Positions 1 through 5,970 of a DNA stretch of 7,052 bases are shown piece by piece. Position 1 is the stretch's first letter. Each line of letters starts with the position of its first letter. Location: the IMG/VR virus record IMGVR_UViG_2585427745_000012, one strand, 5' to 3'. The position numbers and the translations under genes are program-made. Below the pieces are notes generated by a model, which did no database searches, was not told the origin of the DNA, and saw only the letters and a list, made by a program, of their open reading frames with translations. This stretch comes from a virus. Lineage: Duplodnaviria > Heunggongvirae > Uroviricota > Caudoviricetes.

Positions 1-495
<495 letters not shown>

Positions 496-581
496 GGACT
501 TCCTTCACTGCCTCAGCAGTGACCAGGGATGTGATTTCTGACATGGGATTTTCTCGTTGAAAGGTGTTGTCAAGAAAGTGA

Positions 582-764
582 CTACGGAATGAGCGGATCT
601 TCGGGTTTGCTTCCGGCTGACTGACTGGCGCTGATTCTCTCAGCGGCCCTTTTATCAATCTGCCTGCGCCAGAAATCGCGCACTGCCCTGTACCCACCCG
701 AAAGAAGATACATAACACAGACTGCCATACAGAAGTACAGCATTACCTGATGAATAAATGTCAT
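582..764 (-). CDS. Hypothetical small protein (60 aa) with one hydrophobic segment and a basic C-terminal tail
   Basis: ATG at 764-762, stop TAG at 584-582. It has the same orientation as the late operon and lies downstream of the esterase, where small accessory or lysis genes sit in lambdoid phages. The RBS is weak, so it may not be a real gene. Confidence 0.25.
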   Translation of the reverse strand: MTFIHQVMLYFCMAVCVMYLLSGGYRAVRDFWRRQIDKRAAERISASQSAGSKPEDPLIP

Positions 765-900
765 AATTTCTTACCGTTATGGTTGACAATGAGAACTGTT
801 TTCATTTAGAAATGATTGATGTCGAAAGCATCTTTTCTTTACATTCTCCATTGGGATTACCTCCGCCAGCTTCCATTCCTGCCGCTGGCGGCTTTTTTTA

Positions 901-2862
901 TCATGCCGCGATGTCCGCGTTGTTCACTTCCACCTTCACACTGTCAATCAGCAGCGTATATGTCGCCGCCTTTGATATGCCTGTCAGTTGCAGTTTGTCC
1001 GCCGCCCCTGATGCCGGAGATTTCACCAGTGTGAACGGCGTCCCCCGTTTCTCATCCAGTACCGGCGTCACCTGAATGCTGTTGTTTCCGGCAAACTCAA
1101 AAGCCAGTGTGTGCCATCCGTTATCAAAGACCCCGAACGTTTCCAGCTTCGCATTCGGCTTCTTGTGGTGCATCGCGTTCAGGTTCGTCGCATCCGTCTG
1201 CAGAAAGAAGGACATCAGCATGTCGTTGCCTTCCTCTGCCAGCGTCACTCCCTCCGGCAGGGACGACAACTGCCAGTAAATGCCCAGGGCAAACTGATTC
1301 GGCACCAGTGAACCCGGCAACTTAAACCGTACGCTCACACGTCCCCCCTTCTTCAGTAACTCCACTCCCTGTCCGGCTGCATCATGCTCCAGAAACCAGA
1401 TGTGGTTTTCCGGTTTATTCAGTTGCAGGGCCTTACCTCCCGTAGCCCCCGCATCACTGACCACCGCTTCAGCAATGTTTTTGTTAACATTGTCTCCGCT
1501 CGCCGGTTTGTGATAATAGCGCCAGCCCTGTGATGCCAGGTCTTCGCCGGACGCCAGCAGACTCATCAGGGTTCGGTTACTGACCGGGGCTTCCGGCTCT
1601 CTCTCCGTACCTTCACCGGAAGGTCCGGTGGGCTTCACCGTATCAGGCTGTTTTCCGGTAATGAATTCAGCGTTTCTCCCGGCATGCACAAGAATCGCCG
1701 TTGCCAGACGGTCGGAAATAATCCCACGACGTGCCCATGATCCAAAATGCGTTTTACGGTCGGCCGTCGTCCAGGTTTTGGCGTCCGTTCGACCACCGCC
1801 TCCGTAATACCCAATATCCGCAACATCCGGATCTTCTGACGGCTCGTTGGTACCCACATTTCGCCCGTTTTCATCCGTCATAAACGGCACAAAGAAGATT
1901 TTTTTTGCGGATTTCGTCTTGTATGCACCATACACCGCATCGTATTGCGAAGAATAAGTCTGCTTCCAGTAGTAGGTCGTGTCGCCACAAATCCAGGGAA
2001 CCGATGACGGAGAGCCCCCGAGACACTGACCTCCGAATTCCGACAGGTCAGAACGATATTTTTCCACCATGGAATCAAACAGCCCCGGCTGAGTGGCGTA
2101 TGCACCCTGTTTCAAATCAAACTCGCCCTGCATCCAGACCACTGCAAGCAGAATATTTTTAGGGTTGGCCTTCAGTGCGGCCTGAGTACGGGTAAGCAGG
2201 TCCTTGTACAGTGGCTTATCAACACCCCAGCGTGCCGAGGTCTCGCTTGCGCCGGTGGATTCGCTGAAGGTACCTTCATCGCCCGCCAAAAATGCAGAAC
2301 CACCACGGCAGCACGGAACCAGAAGAATACCGGCATTCGCCGGAATAAACGGCAACAATTTCTTCGCGATATGTAATCCCTGCCCCACGCATCCATACTG
2401 AGCTGCGCTGGCTTTCGGGTGTGAAAACTTACTCAAATCCTGAACATCATGCAGGCAGTGGTCCGCAGGAATAATGTCATTGTAGTTACAGGACGCACCA
2501 CCCGGCGTGACAGTGCTGCGACGCGCCAGCTGTTTAATACGCGGGTCCGGACGGTCATATGTCTCCGGCAGCGGAAGCCCTTCACCATACGCCATACCGT
2601 TTGACTGCCCGGCCAGGGCAACAACAAAGTAATACTCCGGGTTGCTGGTGGTGCTGATAACTGCGCCTTCTCCATCCGACGGCTTCACCACCACAGGTGT
2701 GGTGACATCACCTTCCGCCGCAATGGCCTGCATCAGGGTATAAGGCGTGATGGCCACCGGACTGCCAAATGGCTGCCACCCCTCCTTCAGTTTTTGTGTC
2801 AGTCGTTTCGCAAGGTCTGACGGCGATGCCGCCCTGACAACATCATAGTGTTTAAATGCCAT
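901..2862 (-). CDS. nanS-p: NanS-p-like prophage sialate (9-O-acetyl-N-acetylneuraminate) O-acetylesterase; N-terminal DUF1737-like region plus SASA/SGNH esterase domain plus C-terminal domain
   Basis: Long uninterrupted minus-strand ORF. The product starts MAFKHYDVVRAASPSDLAKRL, carries the serine-esterase motif ALAGQSNGMAYG, and is about 650 aa, matching the prophage esterases found just downstream of stx in Stx phages. Start chosen at ATG 2862-2860 (SD-like GGTGGAAAG upstream); an in-frame ATG at 2877-2875 has no SD. Stop TGA at 903-901. Confidence 0.75.
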   Translation of the reverse strand: MAFKHYDVVRAASPSDLAKRLTQKLKEGWQPFGSPVAITPYTLMQAIAAEGDVTTPVVVKPSDGEGAVISTTSNPEYYFVVALAGQSNGMAYGEGLPLPETYDRPDPRIKQLARRSTVTPGGASCNYNDIIPADHCLHDVQDLSKFSHPKASAAQYGCVGQGLHIAKKLLPFIPANAGILLVPCCRGGSAFLAGDEGTFSESTGASETSARWGVDKPLYKDLLTRTQAALKANPKNILLAVVWMQGEFDLKQGAYATQPGLFDSMVEKYRSDLSEFGGQCLGGSPSSVPWICGDTTYYWKQTYSSQYDAVYGAYKTKSAKKIFFVPFMTDENGRNVGTNEPSEDPDVADIGYYGGGGRTDAKTWTTADRKTHFGSWARRGIISDRLATAILVHAGRNAEFITGKQPDTVKPTGPSGEGTEREPEAPVSNRTLMSLLASGEDLASQGWRYYHKPASGDNVNKNIAEAVVSDAGATGGKALQLNKPENHIWFLEHDAAGQGVELLKKGGRVSVRFKLPGSLVPNQFALGIYWQLSSLPEGVTLAEEGNDMLMSFFLQTDATNLNAMHHKKPNAKLETFGVFDNGWHTLAFEFAGNNSIQVTPVLDEKRGTPFTLVKSPASGAADKLQLTGISKAATYTLLIDSVKVEVNNADIAA

Positions 2863-3052
2863 GGTTCTTTCCACCATCTGAAAAATAATTCTTTAAAATA
2901 CCTGACATGTAATACAGAAAAAACACAAAACCATACCTTAAATAAAAACCTCATCATCAAGCAGATATGCATGGATAAACTACAAGACGAGATATAAACC
3001 ACCCTGCATTTAAATAAACAATAAACAACATCAGAAAAATAATTCTGCTCTA

Positions 3053-3082
3053 TGGTTTACATTCAAAAATATCATTTATACT
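3053..3082 (+). promoter_or_regulatory. Candidate sigma70 promoter for the 111-aa cargo ORF
   Basis: TTTACA (3056-3061) and TATACT (3077-3082) lie in an AT-rich leader about 40 bp upstream of ATG 3123. The 15-bp spacer is short; the alternative -35 TGGTTT (3053-3058) gives an 18-bp spacer. Sequence-only prediction. Confidence 0.3.
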
Positions 3083-3122
3083 TTTCAGAACATCACCAGC
3101 AAGACATAAACAAGGAAACTAA

Positions 3123-3458
3123 ATGAAGTGGATTGTGATTGATACAGTTATCCAGCCATCATGCGGAATATCTTTTTCAGTCATATGGAGTAAAATAAAA
3201 TTAATAATCTGGTATCAATCGGATGCTTTCTTACCTCCTGAAAGTATATTTACACTGACTCACACAGGTATCATGCTCAATAACAAAGTGCTACCTGTAA
3301 CCATTTACAACGTAGCACCATTCAATAAAACATTCTGGAATTTAATCAAAAACAGCCAGGAATGTCCTACAAATACAGATAACGTATTGAATGAATGCTT
3401 TAATAACCGTTGCACTCTGCAAATATGTCCTTATGGACTAAAACAACAAAGTCCATAA
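3123..3458 (+). CDS. Hypothetical protein, 111 aa, AT-rich moron-like gene, function unknown
   Basis: ATG at 3123 preceded by a good SD (AAGGAAA, 4-5 nt spacer). AT-rich codon usage differs from the flanking phage genes. It is transcribed opposite to the late operon. The C-terminus carries 5 Cys. No family recognised by eye. Confidence 0.45.
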   Translation: MKWIVIDTVIQPSCGISFSVIWSKIKLIIWYQSDAFLPPESIFTLTHTGIMLNNKVLPVTIYNVAPFNKTFWNLIKNSQECPTNTDNVLNECFNNRCTLQICPYGLKQQSP

Positions 3459-3462
3459 GGAG
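3428..3462. repeat. Perfect 12-bp inverted repeat (TCCTTATGGACT / AGTCCATAAGGA) with an 11-nt loop, overlapping the stop codon of the 111-aa ORF
   Basis: Read directly from the sequence. It could form a stable hairpin on either strand. Confidence 0.6.
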
Positions 3463-3475
3463 TTTACTCACATCT

Positions 3476-3514
3476 GACAAAATCAATATAAACAGCCCCT
3501 CCGGAGAGGGGCTG
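3476..3514 (-). terminator. Candidate intrinsic terminator for minus-strand transcription
   Basis: A 9-bp GC-rich stem (3493-3514, CAGCCCCTC/GAGGGGCTG, loop CGGA) is followed on the minus strand by the U-rich tract TGTTTATATTGATTTTG. There is no T-run after it on the plus strand. Confidence 0.45.
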
Positions 3515-3905
3515 GAGAGTGGCGCTATGTGCCATTGCATGGTGCCGGGTGCCTCCCGGTGAATTCAGTACCAGCACCTGAATCCGCGATTATCCCATAT
3601 ACCTACTCGCTGATTGCCCCTCCGCACAGGGGGATTCACCATGCCAGTTTCTTTTAACAAACTCCCCGCAAACCAGACAACAGTCAACCGCCTGAATTGT
3701 GAAGTATTTAAAAATTTCTCCCGCTAACTGATACCCGGCTAACAGTCTGGCGTTTTCTTTTTCAGCAACGGGAAAGCAACAACCACCACACCCGCCACCA
3801 GCACACCGTCAGCCAGCACTGACATTATCCGGCTGCTGCAATGCCACTCACAAAAACAGTAAGCAATCACTTTTTACCGTAACAAGTGATAATCCAGATA
3901 TGTAT

Positions 3906-4259
3906 CTACCCCAGATGAGTAATCCGAAGTTCATCCATACCACAGGTCCTGGCTATTCTGTTGTACTCCTGAACAAGAGCAAATAATTCTGAATTAGCAA
4001 CCATGAACTCATCGCAAACCCTCTGAATAGCATCACTATTCAGAATAATAACGTCTCTTCCCGAAAGACGATCAGGAGTACAGAACAAAACTGTCAAACG
4101 GCTGAAGGCCTTTGCTCGTGCTGCATTGACTATATCAATACGCTGCCTAAGGATGAAACACCCCGACGCCTCATCAATATTCACTCTACCCACACCATAT
4201 GAATGATAAATATTTAATGCTGAAAAAACCATTAGACCGTATAACAAACACTCAATCAA
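3906..4259 (-). CDS. Hypothetical protein (about 108-117 aa), cargo gene in late-operon orientation immediately downstream of the tRNA cluster
   Basis: The ORF opens at TTG 4259-4257; the first in-frame ATG is 4232-4230; stop TAG at 3908-3906. There is no convincing SD for either start. It shares strand and position with stxA in Stx phages but shows no resemblance to Stx. Function unknown. Confidence 0.35.
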   Translation of the reverse strand: MIECLLYGLMVFSALNIYHSYGVGRVNIDEASGCFILRQRIDIVNAARAKAFSRLTVLFCTPDRLSGRDVIILNSDAIQRVCDEFMVANSELFALVQEYNRIARTCGMDELRITHLG

Positions 4260-4372
4260 TACTTAACAGAACTTTTATTTTTGACAAACATATAATATTT
4301 TCAACAATATCCTGAGCCAGGTATATTTCAGTATAAGGCTCTGCCGGAAGGAATCTGGAAGAATGAATATAG

Positions 4373-4446
4373 CGCGCTGTACTGGATTCGAACCAGTGAC
4401 CGATTGCTTAGAAGGCAATTGCTCTGTCCGGCTGAGCTAACAACGC
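4373..4446 (-). tRNA. argO: tRNA-Arg (anticodon UCU), argO-like
   Basis: Manual fold on the minus strand: acceptor GCGTTGT/ACAGCGC, D-arm GCTC-AGCCGGACA-GAGC, anticodon arm ATTGC-CTTCTAA-GCAAT (anticodon TCT), T-arm ACTGG-TTCGAAT-CCAGT. CCA is not encoded. Confidence 0.9.
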
Positions 4447-4459
4447 TGAATACCGATAA

Positions 4460-4539
4460 TGGACCGCCATCGGGGACCCGCCCCCGCACCAACAACCCTG
4501 TTATCGCGTCGTCTGCTCTTCCTGATAAGCTAATGGCGG
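4460..4539 (-). tRNA. tRNA-like element, probably degenerate or non-canonical (argN-position), between the two canonical tRNAs
   Basis: Perfect 7-bp acceptor pairing (CCGCCAT ... ATGGCGG) followed by T-CCA; the D-arm (TAGCTTATCAGGAAGAGC) is similar to that of the neighbouring tRNA-Arg. The anticodon arm and T-loop (GCGGGT) are non-canonical and no clean cloverleaf could be drawn. Confidence 0.3.
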
Positions 4540-4546
4540 TTTGTGA

Positions 4547-4622
4547 TGGTGGCCCTTGCTGGATTTGAACCAGCGACCTGGCGATTATGAGTCGCTCGCT
4601 CTCACCACTGAGCTAAAGGGCC
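4547..4622 (-). tRNA. ileZ: tRNA-Ile2 (anticodon CAU, lysidine type; ileX/ileZ-like)
   Basis: Minus-strand sequence GGCCCTTTAGCTCAGTGGTGAGAGCGAGCGACTCATAATCGCCAGGTCGCTGGTTCAAATCCAGCAAGGGCCACCA folds canonically (acceptor GGCCCTT/AAGGGCC, anticodon loop CTCATAA, T-loop TTCAAAT, encoded CCA). It closely resembles E. coli ileX from memory; an elongator tRNA-Met cannot be fully excluded from sequence alone. Confidence 0.88.
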
Positions 4623-4658
4623 GGGAGCAGAATAATAACGGTCCGTAATTAATTCCGC

Positions 4659-4685
4659 AATAAAAAACCCGCTCGGCGGCGGGTT
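4659..4685 (-). terminator. tR'-like intrinsic terminator of the short pR' transcript
   Basis: On the minus strand, stem AACCCGC / GCGGGTT with loop CGCCGA is followed by TTTTTTATTG, about 65 nt downstream of the predicted pR' start. Confidence 0.6.
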
Positions 4686-4716
4686 GTAGAAACTCTTCTA
4701 ACGTCAGGCATAAAAG

Positions 4717-4760
4717 GCCCATCGTTATGACGAATTTACCACAGATTCCGGAAAAATCAA
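4717..4760 (-). promoter_or_regulatory. Late promoter pR'-like with pause/qut element
   Basis: On the minus strand: -35 TTGATT (4760-4755), 16-nt spacer, -10 TAAATT (4738-4733), then CGTCATAACGATGGG. The TAAATT -10 and the downstream AACGAT element mirror lambda pR' and its sigma-dependent pause signal as I recall them. It lies 6-30 bp downstream of the Q stop. Confidence 0.55.
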
Positions 4761-4765
4761 CCTTG

Positions 4766-5587
4766 TTACCTAGTTACCTTTTTTAACTGCCGCTCAGCCC
4801 ATGCTTCTTCAATATCAAACCGGGTCACCAGCGCATCATAGAATTTCTTAACTGTTTTTTCCCATGACGCGCGTGTTATCTGGTTTGTCACCTCGCATAT
4901 AGCATTAAATGCCTCCGTTGATGGTAGTCTTTCATAGCCACGACCACCACAACGCTGGCAGTCTCTGATAACAGGCATACCACGTTTTACCGACTCTTCA
5001 CGGTGAATGGCGACACCACGCCCACGGCAATCCTTACAGGCGGTGGAAACCTCACCCTTTCCGCCACACTCCGGACAGGCAACTTTTACCACCTCCCTGA
5101 CTTTTTTCCATTCTTCCCAGTAAGACGGATACACACCTTTCGTACACTTTGCCCATACCGGCGGCTTACCATCCGGATACTGGACCTTGTTTGTAAAAAC
5201 TATGCTTTCAATAAATTTTTCCCCATAGCAACAAGGGCACTGCTTTTTACTCGCTGCGCTGCGGGCATAATCCTCAAAAGCGTACGAAGCCATAATGCGC
5301 ATCACTACCGGTTTTATTTCTGCCGGAAGTTTTCTCAACGCCGCCACACGATCGCACCGACTGAGTGCATAATCTGCCAGTAATTCTGTTGCCCGCACCC
5401 TGTCATTCATACTGATGCCCATTTTCCCCAGGAACGCAGAAAAACCCATCTCAGCCCGATTCTGTGTCATGCCCTGCGCGGCCATCACATCAGTGATACT
5501 CAGCGCATCTTTTGACGTTGAGGCCGATGCATCGGTCAGGCCAGGGGATTTTGGGGAGTAGTATTTCGGTAAATCTTCCAGTTTCAT
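4766..5587 (-). CDS. Q: Late-gene antitermination protein Q (lambda-type Q family) with an enlarged zinc-finger region
   Basis: 273-aa product. Blocks YSPKSPGLTD, TDVMAAQGMTQNRAEMGFSAFLGK, ASYAFEDYARSAA, CQRCGGRGYERLP and the C-terminus WEKTVKKFYDALV...KVTR align with lambda Q as recalled. Its position (after rusA, before pR' and the tRNAs) is canonical. The start ATG overlaps the rusA stop (ATGA). Confidence 0.8.
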   Translation of the reverse strand: MKLEDLPKYYSPKSPGLTDASASTSKDALSITDVMAAQGMTQNRAEMGFSAFLGKMGISMNDRVRATELLADYALSRCDRVAALRKLPAEIKPVVMRIMASYAFEDYARSAASKKQCPCCYGEKFIESIVFTNKVQYPDGKPPVWAKCTKGVYPSYWEEWKKVREVVKVACPECGGKGEVSTACKDCRGRGVAIHREESVKRGMPVIRDCQRCGGRGYERLPSTEAFNAICEVTNQITRASWEKTVKKFYDALVTRFDIEEAWAERQLKKVTR

Positions 5588-5958
5588 TTTTTGACCTGCT
5601 CTTCATGCATTATGGGGTAAATCTTCACCCCCAGACGTCCACCAGATACTGGCTGACCACGAACGATATTGATTTCATCAAACTGCTCATCGTCCATTAA
5701 CACTCCCGCATGCGTCAGCGCATCCAGCGGTGCTTTCAGGATATTGTCCAGGTCGCGACGACGCTTATCCGGTGGCTCTGCAATCACCTTTATCGCCAGC
5801 CTTCCGGACAGGCTTAATTTCAGCCGCTGCTGGCGAACAATAAGCGCCACAGCCCGGCGATAACGCTTTCCCTCCTCCGAGATAAAATATGTGCTGCCAC
5901 GGCGTCGCCAGTAAGTGTTCACCGTCGGCGGGTAAGGTAAAACCAAATCTATGAGCAT
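5584..5958 (-). CDS. rusA: RusA-family Holliday junction resolvase (crossover junction endodeoxyribonuclease)
   Basis: 124 aa. The N-terminus LPYPPTVNTYWRRRG...SEEGKRYR and the PDKRRRDLDNILKAPLDALTHAGVLMDDEQ block carrying the catalytic acidic residues resemble E. coli RusA. Good SD (AGAGGTGA) before ATG 5958. Confidence 0.85.
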   Translation of the reverse strand: MLIDLVLPYPPTVNTYWRRRGSTYFISEEGKRYRRAVALIVRQQRLKLSLSGRLAIKVIAEPPDKRRRDLDNILKAPLDALTHAGVLMDDEQFDEINIVRGQPVSGGRLGVKIYPIMHEEQVKK

Positions 5959-5970
5959 CAGTCACCTCTT

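Noticed and set aside
881-899. Plus-strand terminator-like GCCG-CTGG-CGGC hairpin followed by T7
   Set aside because: The stem is only 4 bp and no plus-strand gene ends here; probably weak or non-functional. Retained only as a note.
779-1075. Plus-strand ORFs 779-1075 and 816-1034
   Set aside because: They lie antisense to the 3' end of the nanS-p-like gene and run through a hairpin plus T-tract at 881-899; they have no RBS and are shadow ORFs.
2644-2651. Chi sequences (GCTGGTGG at 2644-2651 and 6327-6334; reverse complement at 3796-3803 and 6786-6793)
   Set aside because: Chi octamers are frequent in enterobacterial DNA and four in 7 kb is unremarkable; no functional inference.
1076-2675. 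Multiple 60-85 aa ORFs on both strands inside the esterase gene (1076-1279, 1107-1325, 1111-1311, 1635-1874, 1878-2105, 1905-2162, 2172-2396, 2204-2401, 2433-2675)
   Set aside because: All are alternative frames or antisense within a long, well-supported CDS; there is no independent initiation signal.
2799-3002. Minus-strand 67-aa ORF overlapping the esterase start and AT-rich leader
   Set aside because: It overlaps the better-supported nanS-p start region in another frame and is a low-complexity AT-rich translation.
4281-4296. Consensus TTGACA and TATAAT hexamers on the plus strand between the 117-aa ORF and tRNA-Arg
   Set aside because: The two hexamers are only 4 bp apart, so they cannot act as a -35/-10 pair; no plus-strand gene follows.
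2878-4372. Shiga toxin genes (stxA/stxB) at the canonical position
   Set aside because: The synteny predicts them here, but neither cargo ORF resembles the StxA or StxB sequences as recalled and the sizes are wrong; this backbone is stx-negative in this window.
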